A DNA stretch of 64,000 bases from positions 352,001 through 416,000 of the forward strand of contig OZ240211.1 of the NCBI GenBank assembly GCA_965197525.1. Direction: 5' to 3'. The DNA comes from Nitrosopumilus sp. GTDB taxonomy: Archaea > Thermoproteota > Nitrososphaeria > Nitrososphaerales > Nitrosopumilaceae. This document shows positions 42,215 to 53,215 of the stretch, piece by piece. Positions within the stretch are counted from its first letter, which is position 1. Each line of letters starts with the position of its first letter. Below the pieces are notes generated by a model that saw only the letters and a list, made by a program, of their open reading frames with translations, was not told the origin of the DNA and did not search any database. The position numbers were made by a program, and so were the translations under genes.

Positions 42215-42645
42215 TAGTATGAACCATTCAATCTATTTGCACATCGTAGCGCAATTATCTAAATCAAATGAACCAAGATAATTGGACATATCATACATAC
42301 AGCCATAAATAACTAAAACGCAGAGTTATTCACGGATTCAAGGGAATTCTAAAATAAATTTACCAGAGAATGGCAGACATTCATAGATTTAGTATCCAGA
42401 TACGATAGTAGCAAGAGTTGGAAATTAATGAAAAAAGAAAACGTGATTTATGTATTTGATAGAATGAATAGTACGCCAATAATGAAAAATGTATAAGAAT
42501 GTGATTGGATAGTATTCAGATAAGATGGGTCAAAGAAGAGGAGGATAACTTGTAAAAAGAAACAGGTACGCAAATCATACAAGTTGATGACTAGTTGTTT
42601 GCAGTTGAGATTGTGTAAGATGGATAGAAAGACGGCGACAAAATA

Positions 42646-42777
42646 TTATTTTTTATTTGCTTGCTTCTTTCTGTCCATAATTTCGCGGTTTCTCTCAATA
42701 TCTGAGTGCAGTTCAACATGGTCGTAGAGATGCTCTTTTGATTCAAATAACTGATCACAGTAATAACATTGATGCAT
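42646..42777 (-). CDS. 43-aa classical C2H2 zinc-finger protein (not in ORF track)
   Basis: MHQCYYCDQLFESKEHLYDHVELHSD: exact C-x2-C-x12-H-x3-H spacing with F and L at the canonical positions. Confidence 0.85.
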   Translation of the reverse strand: MHQCYYCDQLFESKEHLYDHVELHSDIERNREIMDRKKQANKK

Positions 42778-43027
42778 GACTTACATACGTCGAACTTTAA
42801 TAAATCATTTGTGATACAAAATATAAAAAGAATCACATGAAAATAAGATTTATTGATTTTTGGAGAAAATTTGCGATAGTATTTAAATCAAACTAGCGAT
42901 AATCGTAAGTTATTTACAACGTATGTCAGAATCACTTGCTACACATAGCAACATCCGTTTACACAAATAACAGACAAACAAATAGAAACAATCGTGAATC
43001 AGACACAAACCAATATGTAATGGCAGA

Positions 43028-43336
43028 CTAGTCAGGAGATGAAGAGTTACATACAGGAACATCTCCGGTCTTTTCTTTAAAATCACAAATCAGATCTTGC
43101 TGAATCTTTTTTGGATTTGTAGTAAACATCCTTTGGTATGACGATGTTTTTTGCTTGCATTGATCGCCCTCAAAGTCAGTATCTACATACTTTGTAAACT
43201 GCTCCTCCATGTTATTTGTATGACCAATGTAAATGGGCATCTTGTTTCTATCGTACAGTACATAGACTCCCGAATGCGGCTTTACAAACTTGGCATTTTG
43301 GAGCCATACCCGCATCTTGTCGTCTAACAGTTCCAT
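43028..43336 (-). CDS. Small GIY-YIG-like protein
   Basis: SGVYVLYDRNKMPIYIGHTNN matches the GIY-YIG two-strand motif; the usual catalytic Arg is not evident. Confidence 0.65.
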   Translation of the reverse strand: MELLDDKMRVWLQNAKFVKPHSGVYVLYDRNKMPIYIGHTNNMEEQFTKYVDTDFEGDQCKQKTSSYQRMFTTNPKKIQQDLICDFKEKTGDVPVCNSSSPD

Positions 43337-43785
43337 ACCATTATGTATGATTACGGGATATTAAACTGATGTCCCAAACCAAGGTATCAGGTATTCCAAA
43401 GAGGCATAGACACAAAATCAATCAAGACCAACCTATTACAGACAGCTCACAAAGTGGTTTTACAGAATCAGTTATGAGCAATTAAAAATATATGCATCAA
43501 ATATGGCATAGGCAATGTTTGATAGTATGGGGCAATCAGATAGCAAATAATTCAAAGATAGTGCCTAAACTTATTTGAAACACATGTATTGACTAGTAGT
43601 TATTCGTATTATGGTATCGGGTAACACAAGATCATATAATCTAAAGTGGTCTAGTAGTTGTTTAGTGGCTTGTTTGTCTGTTTGTTTTGATTAATCATAC
43701 AAATTAGCATTAGATACACATGGGTATCATGTAAAAAACATAGAAAACACCGGATTAAATGCTTGTGCAATAATCATCACTAGTA

Positions 43786-43983
43786 TCACCGCCGCTCTGA
43801 GCAGCCACACTTGACATAGACCATTTTAAACTCACCCCCTGTTTTGATATTGTGCGACATTGGCCTATGACATTGTTGACAGGGAGTGAATCCAAAGTAT
43901 TCATCAACTGGAACGACCTTGTATGCCCAGGATTTTTTATCATCATCCCAATACACAGAGTTAATTTCAGCGGGGGTATCCAT
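43786..43983 (-). CDS. Small Cys-rich hypothetical protein
   Basis: CQQC...HN...KCGC putative metal ligands. Confidence 0.65.
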   Translation of the reverse strand: MDTPAEINSVYWDDDKKSWAYKVVPVDEYFGFTPCQQCHRPMSHNIKTGGEFKMVYVKCGCSERR

Positions 43984-44557
43984 ATGAACCATAATCTAAA
44001 CGATGTTATTTAATTTGACGTTATTTAGTTGAGTACTGTTGGTATCATAGCACATACTAGAATTCATCACAAGGGTCATGCATGCAAGTTAGCCATAGCG
44101 GATTGAACCGATGTTTAGATTATTTTAATACAAGTCGACTAACTAAACGCAACTGAAAACAGAGGGTAACATACTCGAGAGAGAAAGGTGCTGAAGAAGA
44201 TACTGCAGACATCAACTTCATAGAGATAACTATCAATTAATGCCAAGACAGTACGCAGGATGGATGTTTGTTCTGTATTTTCTTCTTCTTCTTCTTTTAC
44301 AATGCTATCGGACATTGGATTTTTGACAGTATTCCATGCATGTGAAAAATGTTTAACATACAAGATGTGCCGGAGATCCTGTCTTGATTGTACATGGTAC
44401 AATTTGGATATTTTTACATACAAACGCTTTGGTTTGTGCTCTATGATACAATACGCCATATGCTCTGCAGCGCTACACACTAACAACAGAAGGAAGTCAC
44501 GTTAGTTGAATTACAAGCATTGGTAGACAGAACCAAACACAGACGTAGATTTCACTA

Positions 44558-44812
44558 TTAACTGGTATGAGAGTCTACAAGATATGCTGCTTGTTCTCTA
44601 TCAGAATACAAGGCAGAATTATACTTTAACAACTCTAAAACGCTAGTAAATGCAGGACATGCTGTGTCTATGGAGAAAAGTTCTTGGCATTTGGGACATT
44701 GAATTACAGTATGCGACCCCCAATCGCACTCTATATTACCAACAAGATCAAAGACTACTAGTCGGTTACAAGTGCAATACAACTTGCTCTGAAATCTTTC
44801 ACCAAGAGTCAT
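44558..44812 (-). CDS. Small zinc-ribbon protein
   Basis: LYCTC...IQCPKCQELF. Confidence 0.7.
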   Translation of the reverse strand: MTLGERFQSKLYCTCNRLVVFDLVGNIECDWGSHTVIQCPKCQELFSIDTACPAFTSVLELLKYNSALYSDREQAAYLVDSHTS

Positions 44813-45173
44813 ATCAAGATATTTTTCAGAGCGAATATAATTTATTAGTAATCATACAAGATTCTAACTATCTGTGTAATAGAGGTATTAGAATCAAGTA
44901 ATACTCTAAAAATTTCTTTCTGGCTATGTCAATCAATCAACTAGAACAAAACGCGTGACCTTGGGAATTAGAATAAAGTAAAAAAAAGAAAAAAGGATTA
45001 GTTTGAACTAGTTAGGCGGGTAAAGGCACTGAAGATAATAGATCTGCATATTCGAAAAATGTTAACATATTTGAGAACATTTGTTGGCGGGCTTAGAGGG
45101 TGAATTTCCGACTACTGATATCTCAGATGCGTGTGTTAGATTTTAATGACATGAGGCATGCCAACAAATAGCA

Positions 45174-45383
45174 TTGACACAATGTCCCACCTGCAAGCTT
45201 GCAATGGAATCCCATTCAACTGACGAATTAATGGAATGTTGTATAAAACAGATAGGAGATGAATTCGTAAATGGAGAAACAAACACATGTCCAAACTGCA
45301 AACATAACATTAAAGAACATACAGATAAAGAGCTGGCAGAGTGTACCATTGAATTTCTTAGATCGGATATCAATTTCAGATAA
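45174..45383 (+). CDS. Small protein with two CxxC-x6-H-x7-C repeats
   Basis: CPTCKLAMESHSTDELMEC and CPNCKHNIKEHTDKELAEC. Confidence 0.75.
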   Translation: MTQCPTCKLAMESHSTDELMECCIKQIGDEFVNGETNTCPNCKHNIKEHTDKELAECTIEFLRSDINFR

Positions 45384-45748
45384 AACAGTATATTAATAAA
45401 AAAAAAGAGAATCAAGAGCATCAACGATGCTTGAATTAAGAATTGCCAATAGTTGCAGGTTAGAACAGATAGCAACAATCATTCTAAGAAAACAGGGATA
45501 AGAAATTGTAGGGGATACATAGATGTACGTAGGTTAGTAGATATAGATACTGCTAAAGAATTTCAGTGGTACGTGGTAGTTTAAAAACGGCTAGTCATTT
45601 AATTGGAGTATACGAGTTTAAACAACAAGCAGATCGCATAGAAATTGTGCAGAAGAATCAACATAGGAAATTATTGATAGATGCTTAAAAATAGTGATCG
45701 AGTCATATTTAATGCCTGGAATAGATAATACTAGATAGAGGTAGAATA

Positions 45749-46093
45749 ATGCTTAGGAAAAGACCACATAAAAATTTCAAAAGGCAGAGATCAAATTTAA
45801 CGACAGAGCAAAAGATTGAAAAGTTTATTATAAGAAATTCAGATAACGGATTTTTTACAAAAGTATCAACTATTCAACATAAATTTGAGATTTCTGAGAA
45901 TATGACATGGGATATAGTAGGCCAACTACTTGTAGAGGGATTGTTGGAATCAACCCATGACGTAGTTACAGGAGAGATGAAGCTCTGTAAAATGGGCAAA
46001 ACATACAATATAATGGATTTAGAACAAAGGCGAAAAAGAGACAGGTATAGAGAAAATAAAAGGACGAAATCAAAGAGAGTCACAAATGAATGA
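45749..46093 (+). CDS. Basic hypothetical protein, probable winged-HTH
   Basis: KVSTIQHKFEISENMTWDIVGQLLVEGLLES helix-turn-helix-wing pattern. Confidence 0.6.
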   Translation: MLRKRPHKNFKRQRSNLTTEQKIEKFIIRNSDNGFFTKVSTIQHKFEISENMTWDIVGQLLVEGLLESTHDVVTGEMKLCKMGKTYNIMDLEQRRKRDRYRENKRTKSKRVTNE

Positions 46094-46373
46094 TAAATTT
46101 AGATTAGTGCAGTTAGATGATAACAATCTCTAAATTTTAGACAATATGTAAAGATGTAATGAACGACGACTATGACAGTAATGAGGAAGAGAAGAAAGTA
46201 GAGGAAGAAAAAGGAAAAGACGGTGATGGTGATAATGATAATAAGAATGATGATGAGAATCTACCTGCACAATACCATGGCGTATCAATTCCAACGAAAA
46301 AATGATCTGGATACTTGTTTTATGCAATCTTCTGTACGATTTGTAGAATGATCAAATTTGTTATTCTTACAGG

Positions 46374-46874
46374 TTAGCTACTAGTGTTATCATTACTATT
46401 ACTATTACTAGGACTATTGACAGCATTTTTCTCATAATAGTACTCTTGTTTTTTCAAGTCATTTTCAGATATAATTCGACATTTTTTCATCAGTACCAGT
46501 CTTGAGATCTGCTCATATGTGTTCATATCCCTAACGTCTGCGGCATATGCAATCTGTAACAACGGAGGTTTCTCTTTAATCATAGGTTTTGCTTGCTCAT
46601 ATCCACCACTCTGTCGCATGCCGGTTCTAAACAACCCTAAATTGGAGTCACTTACAGATACCTGAGGATCTTGATAACAACAGAGTGCAAACTCGCCATT
46701 GTTCTTCTCAATAATGGTTAATCGGGTAAATTTGTCACTCCAACTCTCTATTGTTTTAGCCATTAACGCGGCTTCTTTTTTATCCTCAAAGACAGTGGAG
46801 ACTACCAATCTATCCTTTTCGTATGCCCATGAAATTCCGTAAAAACTATCATGCCATGTTATATCAAAAGACAT
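46374..46874 (-). CDS. Hypothetical protein (166 aa)
   Basis: Long ATG-started ORF with globular composition; no motif recognised. Confidence 0.65.
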   Translation of the reverse strand: MSFDITWHDSFYGISWAYEKDRLVVSTVFEDKKEAALMAKTIESWSDKFTRLTIIEKNNGEFALCCYQDPQVSVSDSNLGLFRTGMRQSGGYEQAKPMIKEKPPLLQIAYAADVRDMNTYEQISRLVLMKKCRIISENDLKKQEYYYEKNAVNSPSNSNSNDNTSS

Positions 46875-47054
46875 ACATTACATACAAAATATTCAAATTA
46901 ATATATTTAAAACAGAATCACAGTGTGTCAACAAGACAAAAATCTGGTCATAGAAGAGTACGCGTGTACAACAACTATGTTTAAGATACAAGATGAGTTC
47001 AAAGCACAAATTTGATTCATCGAATCCCTTAAGTAATGTTTCAGATATGAAAAA

Positions 47055-47456
47055 ATGATGGATTTTGAAAATCTTTTGAAGAGAATAATGGATTCAGACA
47101 TCAATATTAGGCACAGTATAATTACTGACATTGATGGAAGCATTCTGTCTACGGGCCACAGAGAAGGAATTGTAAATTTTCTATCACAAGAAGAGACAGA
47201 AGCGTCACTTAAAAGAGCGGCAGTAGCATGGAAAGGAAGAAAACAACTGCGTCCAAAGATAGGAAACGGATTGTATGCAGTCGCAGCGTTTGAAAAGATT
47301 ACAAGAATAACATTCCCGTTAGGAGATGAAAATCTGATCTTTGTGAGCATGGGTTCAGACACTGTGCGAATGGATTTGCATGAAGGTGGACAGAAGCAGA
47401 TTGTAGAACAAGTACTGAATATTCTGAGTCGAGATCCTACAAAAGCAACCGTCTAG
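47055..47456 (+). CDS. Thaumarchaeal roadblock/profilin-like protein (DUF6659-like)
   Basis: IMDSDINIRHSIITDIDG...IGNGLYAVAAFEKITRITFPL. Confidence 0.65.
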   Translation: MMDFENLLKRIMDSDINIRHSIITDIDGSILSTGHREGIVNFLSQEETEASLKRAAVAWKGRKQLRPKIGNGLYAVAAFEKITRITFPLGDENLIFVSMGSDTVRMDLHEGGQKQIVEQVLNILSRDPTKATV

Positions 47457-47546
47457 AATTAGATTAGGTAAAACCTAACTACTTTTTTGTTTTTCATATC
47501 AGAACTTTGCATTAAAGATATTAGAGTGTAAACAGTATCAATTGAG

Positions 47547-47678
47547 ATGATAAAGATTACGCATACCAAAGAATGCCAATACAGAAACAACAACGACATG
47601 CCACACAACAACTGCTTCTGTCAGTGTCACAAAATCGTAATGGCAGAATCTGCAAAGATGAGATCAAAGGTTCTTTGA
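47547..47678 (+). CDS. 43-aa Cys/His-rich micro-protein (not in ORF track)
   Basis: MIKITHTKECQYRNNNDMPHNNCFCQCHKIVMAESAKMRSKVL; H-x3-C...CxCxCH. Confidence 0.6.
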   Translation: MIKITHTKECQYRNNNDMPHNNCFCQCHKIVMAESAKMRSKVL

Positions 47679-47987
47679 CTTTTGTTCATTCTCAAAGCTG
47701 TCAATGATTTTAGTGACATTTGTAATTATAGTATCTTTAATTTGGGATTGGGTCATTCCGGATTTACTCATAAGTTTCATCTGATCAAGCAAGGCAAAAT
47801 GTACCCTACCTTGAAGGTAATCAACTATTCCAAAACCTTGTTTTGGAAAATTAGTTACAAATATGTCATCAAAGTCGTCGTCATCAGTAGTAGTAGTAGG
47901 TGGTTGTGCCACAATATCAAATAAGAAAGGCAAGTTATAAGATTTGGGACAGTAATGATTACTCGTTATTCCTTTTTTGAGATTCAA
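47664..47987 (-). CDS. Hypothetical protein (107 aa)
   Basis: ORF with plausible helical C-terminus; no motif recognised. Confidence 0.45.
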   Translation of the reverse strand: MNLKKGITSNHYCPKSYNLPFLFDIVAQPPTTTTDDDDFDDIFVTNFPKQGFGIVDYLQGRVHFALLDQMKLMSKSGMTQSQIKDTIITNVTKIIDSFENEQKSKNL

Positions 47988-48048
47988 CGTTTTACAATTA
48001 GCACGTACAGAGACATAGAAACAATGGCAGCAGAGTACAGGGAACGAT

Positions 48049-48102
48049 AGAGGTTAGGTTCCATACCTGCAAACCCGATAACTCGTGCTCAACCTAACCT
48101 CT
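48049..48102. other. Perfect 12-bp inverted repeat with 30-nt loop between divergent genes
   Basis: AGAGGTTAGGTT (48049-48060) / AACCTAACCTCT (48091-48102). Confidence 0.85.
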
Positions 48103-48159
48103 TACCAGGGAACCATGTAAAGATTTACAAATAATCATCAGACCGTAATGGGTAACTGC

Positions 48160-48510
48160 ATGACGAAATTCCTATACAAACCATACGAGGTCATCTATGT
48201 CAGGGATATGATAAAACTAAGTTTAGATGATTTTATAGGCATGATGTCATCACTAGAGGCAGCTAACGCATACTGGGTAGATGGCGTGCTGTTTGCCAGC
48301 TTTGCCATGACAGAATCAGAAGAGCTTGCAAAAAAAGAGATGCAAAATGAGATGTTCCTAGATAAGATAATCTTCTCATCATACAAAGAGTACGCAAAGA
48401 CTGTCAAATCATCGACAAACCTTGAGATAGGGGTACTGAACATGCAAAAGAGTAGACTGTATAGAGACTTGATAGTGTGGCTGAAGACACAGTCAGTATG
48501 GAATGAATAA
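48160..48510 (+). CDS. Hypothetical protein (116 aa)
   Basis: Clean ORF MTKFLYKPYEVIYVRDMIKLS... with globular composition. Confidence 0.7.
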   Translation: MTKFLYKPYEVIYVRDMIKLSLDDFIGMMSSLEAANAYWVDGVLFASFAMTESEELAKKEMQNEMFLDKIIFSSYKEYAKTVKSSTNLEIGVLNMQKSRLYRDLIVWLKTQSVWNE

Positions 48511-48642
48511 ACAGATGAAGAGCCGCCAAAAGGCATAAAGATATCATCAACGATTAACTGCCAACTTGGTAGCTAAAACACACACAAAAAAGAAGTTTTT
48601 TGTTGGTGTTTGTTTGTTTGTAAAAATCAGTAGAATACCAAT

Positions 48643-48798
48643 ATGGAGTTTATTCAAATTTGCGATATGTGCAAATATGATGTACAAGACAGGAACACTG
48701 TAACTATACTCAGACTATAACAACATGATCACGTATTTAGATCATCACATCACGAGATATGTCATACAGAAGATAAAATATTCAGGATACGTTATTAA
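48643..48798 (+). pseudogene. Possible small CxxC/His-rich gene with an in-frame TAA at 48718-48720
   Basis: MEFIQICDMCKYDVQDRNTVTILRL*QHDHVFRSSHHEICHTEDK. Confidence 0.3.
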
Positions 48799-49462
48799 GA
48801 TAATATTGGTCTAATCTCTGCTGCAGTGGTTCCAAGTACATATCACATGTTTGAATGAATTCTTGACGAGTATTCTTCTCACTACTAACTAGGATTACAA
48901 CTTGTGGAATAGCAACTCCAGTTATCTCTTGAAACATTTGTGCATAACATACAGTTTGCAAGTAATATTCATACATATACTCGTCTTTCTGAGGCTTTCT
49001 CTTAGTCTTGTAGTCAATGACTGATAGTACACCATTATACTCTGCGAGCAAATCTGTAGTTCCTGCAACTTGGAGTTTATCAGAATGCATCTTTTGTTCA
49101 GTGCAAACCACATTTGTTACATTATTCAAATAGGGTTTAAGATTAGTAAAATGAGCAATAGATAACAAGTCAAATTCATCTATAGATAAATTATCACACA
49201 GATAATCCTCCATAATTTTATGCAATTGCGTTCCCGTCTCTTTTGCCCTGTCTGTGATATAGTGATGTGCAGGCTCGCTTGCCTTCCAGGATTCTAACAT
49301 ATCTTTTTTGTGTGCTGGAACGGTGGCAGACAGTACAGTACTAATGGAAGGATATACCTTGCCTGTACTGGTTTTATACCAATGCCCGTCATCTCTGTCT
49401 AGTAGAACAGGGGCATGAGATGATAGAAGCGCGTCTTTATTAGGCAACATAGTAGTCTGCAT
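48782..49462 (-). CDS. PD-(D/E)XK nuclease (RecB-like / MGME1 and phage exonuclease type)
   Basis: YPSISTVL, LHKIMEDYL, EQKMHS, AGTTDLL...IDYKT, LQTVCYA. Confidence 0.85.
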   Translation of the reverse strand: MQTTMLPNKDALLSSHAPVLLDRDDGHWYKTSTGKVYPSISTVLSATVPAHKKDMLESWKASEPAHHYITDRAKETGTQLHKIMEDYLCDNLSIDEFDLLSIAHFTNLKPYLNNVTNVVCTEQKMHSDKLQVAGTTDLLAEYNGVLSVIDYKTKRKPQKDEYMYEYYLQTVCYAQMFQEITGVAIPQVVILVSSEKNTRQEFIQTCDMYLEPLQQRLDQYYLNNVS

Positions 49463-49496
49463 AACAAAGCAGTTATTGAATGAATTGCAAGACAGA

Positions 49497-49916
49497 TCAA
49501 CTGGTTAATTTCTTGAATTTATCAAATTCAGACTTGGTCTTTACGAATTGGTCAGTCATAATCTTTCCAAGGAAGAATATAGGTTCTAACTCTTCATTGA
49601 TTATAACAATCTCCTCGTCAAGAATTACTATATCAATAAACTCACTGCAAGGATATACGGTATACTCAAATGGTGTCGTATCACTTTGAATCTTTAATTG
49701 AAATCCCATCAATAGCCCTAAATCTTCGTGTTTGTTTAAAAATCCAATTAAAGACGCCTTTACGCTGAGATGATTTTTAGAGATTTCCAAAAGACGGGTT
49801 TGGTTATCGACACTAGGATCAACTATGCATGCAGTAGGTAGTTTGTTCCTATGCAAAATGATGGATTTATGAGTTGGAATATACTCATTTGAATCAGACA
49901 TTTTGTCTAGCGGCAT
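49497..49916 (-). CDS. Hypothetical protein (139 aa)
   Basis: ORF between helicase and nuclease on the same strand with short gaps. Confidence 0.6.
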   Translation of the reverse strand: MPLDKMSDSNEYIPTHKSIILHRNKLPTACIVDPSVDNQTRLLEISKNHLSVKASLIGFLNKHEDLGLLMGFQLKIQSDTTPFEYTVYPCSEFIDIVILDEEIVIINEELEPIFFLGKIMTDQFVKTKSEFDKFKKLTS

Positions 49917-49998
49917 ACAGAGATACTAATAATTTCGTTAATTAATTAATTTAGACATAGAGTAGTAGTAAACCATATACAAAAAGATAAAAAATTAC

Positions 49999-52785
49999 TC
50001 AGACAGACTTGAAGATATTAAAAACATTGTATGCGCCAATCTTTGAGAGATGTTTATTTTTTGTTTGGCAGTAATTAGTAGTGAATGTGCATTTTGGACA
50101 TCCGCCACCCCAGTCATCGTCGTCGTGGTTTGATGTCGACATTGATGATTGTGATGGCTGCGATGCATCCTTTGTGTTACTTGTTACATGGCATGTACAA
50201 TCATGTAACATGGCATAGCAAACTAGGAGAATACGCTTGAAATTATCAAATATTATTCTGCTACACCCATTAGCGCCATCAGAGGTATTATCATATAGAT
50301 AAATCACGCTATCCTGATAATACGTACCAATATCATTTGATTCAGATTTTGTAATGATCTTACTTGCGTTAACTAAAACATGAGCAATGGTGTGAATGTC
50401 AGAATCATCTGAACTAGAGGTTGTAGAACCAGGTATTTTTCCCACGATATCAGCAGGCAGTGTTATACATACCGCAGAATGCCTTGATTTCCAGTTAAAA
50501 TCACGCCAAGACGGAATCGAGTCACCATTAAAAGTCTCAAAACTATCCAAAGGATCATTATAGTTGCCTTTCTGATAACCGATAATAGTTCTATCAAGTT
50601 CAATGAGACCAAACCATAGTGATAGCTTTGTATTATTAGGCATTCTAGGAGAGATGATTGTCTTGTTAACAGCGTCTGATTCTGACATCTTTAAGATCTT
50701 AGTCTTTAGAACAGGAACTGTTCTTTTTTGATACTCGGTGGATTTGACCAAATATGCCCGAGCGCCGTTTTTAGTCTTTGTAAGAGAGTCTACTGCATAG
50801 GTTCCTTTATCAAAGTGATAGATGGCGTGCTGATAGAGTTGATAATACCCTGTAGGGGTATCACGGGTCCCAATCTTTTTAGAATCAAAATAAATCTCAA
50901 CTTCTCCTGCAGCACCTCGCAGACTAACACTGTTGGCAAAATCAAAGAACTGAGATTTGTCAGATTCCATAGCAGCATGCTGTTCTATTCCTAGTGACGC
51001 AGTATGTTTCTCTGCAATTATAGGGTTGTTTTTATTAATTTGGACGATATGATCCTGGTTAAGATATTCAGGCATGTGTCTTGCAAAGTAATGGCAGGTA
51101 GCATCCTGAGGATCAAACACGCAGATAACGTACGATTTTTGTCCCATTCTTCCTGCACGTCCAATTCTTTGAACAAACGAGTCATACTCGTTTTTAAATG
51201 ACGAGATGACGACATCCACATGACCTATGTCAATTCCCAACTCTAATGTGGGAGTGCATGATAAGGCGTCTAACTCGCCTAGCTTCATTTGACTCTCATA
51301 TAATTTTCTGTTTGATTGCTCAAGACCGCCCCGATGTACTTGGATTTTTATCTCTCGGTTTTCGTTCTCAACATTTGATGCCAGAAGTTCTGCATCGCTG
51401 TGTGTGTTACTAAAGATCAGTTGTTTTTTGTAGTTCTTAAAACACATTGATGTAAGCATCTCCATAGTTGTGCGCTGTCCTAACTTTCTAGGCATTATAA
51501 AAAACATATGCTTGTTTTGTAATCTAGACTGCTTGCTTGTAACACATGAAAACGAGTCTGCGGGAATATCAAGTAGATCAGAGAAGAACTCTCTGGAATT
51601 AGCCAGAGTTGCAGATGAGCCGATAAACTGGATTTTGCCCATGTACCTCTTCATTCTTTTTAATACATGGTATACATTTGAGCCATGAAAACTAGTGTAC
51701 GAATGGGCTTCGTCAATTACCATGATTTTTGCATTTTTGAACAGCTCGGACCATTTTTTATCATGGAGTATGAGATGATAGTTAATGAAATCAAAGTTGG
51801 TGGCAAGAATGAGGCATTTTGATTTAGACTCAGAGATAATCTGGTCTTTGTATTTTGCACTCTGACCTCCGTGGATAGAGTACGCTGCGATGGTGTCATT
51901 GAGATGACACGCTTCAATAAGCCCAGAGATTTTAGATACTTGATCATCAATTAGCGCGTTGAGCGGATATACCAGCAACGCTATAACACCAAAAGAGTAA
52001 CCCTCAGAAATTTTTTGCAGTATAGGAATGATAAACGCCTCAGTTTTGCCTGAACCGGTAGGTGCGGTGATAATAGAGTTATCCCCGTTTAGAATCGTGC
52101 GAGTAGCCTCTTCTTGAAATGAGAGCAGGCCTGAAAAGCCGTATCTTTGTAGCCCATCTAAGATATTCTTTGATAGTATGTCACTAAGCATGGTCAGAGG
52201 TATTTTATCAGGCTCAGGAGAGGTTAGACTCTCATAATGGATTAAAGCCAGTGACTCTTCTTTATGTCCTTGAACGATCTGATGGATTACTGGATCGTCT
52301 AACTCGGATTTTGGTATTTTTTGGATATCGTATAACATGTCATCAGATAGTGGAATATTTGATGATGTGTCAGTAGAGGATTTAGCATACGACATATCAT
52401 CCTGAGATGACACAACAAGAGTTTTTGATTCAATTTTACTCTTATGTGTAGTAGGGGAAGAGTTCTGAGAAGGCGACTGCTGCATCATGGCATCATCGGT
52501 GTAATCAGAAGGAATGTCAGAGGAAGTATCAGAACAGTTGTGTGGCAGGTCAGTACGTACATCTAATGGAATAAATTTACCACTGTCTGATTTGAATAAT
52601 TCATCCCAATAAATATCTGCACCACATCCTTTGTAGCATTTTTTTGTTTTTTGGGAATGGTTGTATCCTAGAGAGGATCTCTTTTTAACCTGAGCAGGAT
52701 TGCATTGGGGACATATTTTAGGACCTCCTACATCAGCTTTGTTTGATACAAGTCTAGTGCCGCAGTCATCGCAAAACTTTATCAT
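49999..52785 (-). CDS. SF2 DEAH helicase with N-terminal Zn ribbons and DUF1998-type C-terminal Cys cluster (Hrq1/MrfA-like)
   Basis: APTGSGKT, YPLNAL, DEAH, SATLAN, TPTLELGIDIG, QRIGRAGR; C-terminal CTC...GCPKC...C. Confidence 0.9.
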   Translation of the reverse strand: MIKFCDDCGTRLVSNKADVGGPKICPQCNPAQVKKRSSLGYNHSQKTKKCYKGCGADIYWDELFKSDSGKFIPLDVRTDLPHNCSDTSSDIPSDYTDDAMMQQSPSQNSSPTTHKSKIESKTLVVSSQDDMSYAKSSTDTSSNIPLSDDMLYDIQKIPKSELDDPVIHQIVQGHKEESLALIHYESLTSPEPDKIPLTMLSDILSKNILDGLQRYGFSGLLSFQEEATRTILNGDNSIITAPTGSGKTEAFIIPILQKISEGYSFGVIALLVYPLNALIDDQVSKISGLIEACHLNDTIAAYSIHGGQSAKYKDQIISESKSKCLILATNFDFINYHLILHDKKWSELFKNAKIMVIDEAHSYTSFHGSNVYHVLKRMKRYMGKIQFIGSSATLANSREFFSDLLDIPADSFSCVTSKQSRLQNKHMFFIMPRKLGQRTTMEMLTSMCFKNYKKQLIFSNTHSDAELLASNVENENREIKIQVHRGGLEQSNRKLYESQMKLGELDALSCTPTLELGIDIGHVDVVISSFKNEYDSFVQRIGRAGRMGQKSYVICVFDPQDATCHYFARHMPEYLNQDHIVQINKNNPIIAEKHTASLGIEQHAAMESDKSQFFDFANSVSLRGAAGEVEIYFDSKKIGTRDTPTGYYQLYQHAIYHFDKGTYAVDSLTKTKNGARAYLVKSTEYQKRTVPVLKTKILKMSESDAVNKTIISPRMPNNTKLSLWFGLIELDRTIIGYQKGNYNDPLDSFETFNGDSIPSWRDFNWKSRHSAVCITLPADIVGKIPGSTTSSSDDSDIHTIAHVLVNASKIITKSESNDIGTYYQDSVIYLYDNTSDGANGCSRIIFDNFKRILLVCYAMLHDCTCHVTSNTKDASQPSQSSMSTSNHDDDDWGGGCPKCTFTTNYCQTKNKHLSKIGAYNVFNIFKSV

Positions 52786-53053
52786 TAGTAAAAAACTAAC
52801 TCTAAACTCTACATATAAGGTATGTGTAAAATTAAGTCAGTGTGTTAATTTAAAGACACGTTTTAAAAGAAAGGGTGATTGACAATATTGTATTACTTGA
52901 TTATCATCAAATCTGAGATGGTGATACATGTAGCGTTGAGAAAAATAACAGCGCCGTCAAACAATATTACACAGAATCAAAAGACAGAAAATCACAAAGC
53001 AGTTTATGTAACAGCAAGACAATAAATAAATAAATAAAATATTATAAGAAAAA

Positions 53054-53215
53054 TTACTGCAATGCAAAGTGAACATCGCAGAGTAATACTATACCACCAG
53101 GCAATGTTTTAGCAGTTACAGAGTTTGCCTCATTGACGCCGTTCCCACACACAAAGCATGCAATATCAGATACAGATGACTGCAATGGTACAGATTTTTT
53201 TGCAGGAAACCGCAT
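53054..53215 (-). CDS. 53-aa zinc-finger-like protein
   Basis: CFVCG...LLCDVH. Confidence 0.6.
   Translation of the reverse strand: MRFPAKKSVPLQSSVSDIACFVCGNGVNEANSVTAKTLPGGIVLLCDVHFALQ

Noticed and set aside
46086-46330. Acidic low-complexity ORF fragments after the wHTH gene
   Set aside because: Several stops and no identifiable family; possibly a decayed gene but not supportable.
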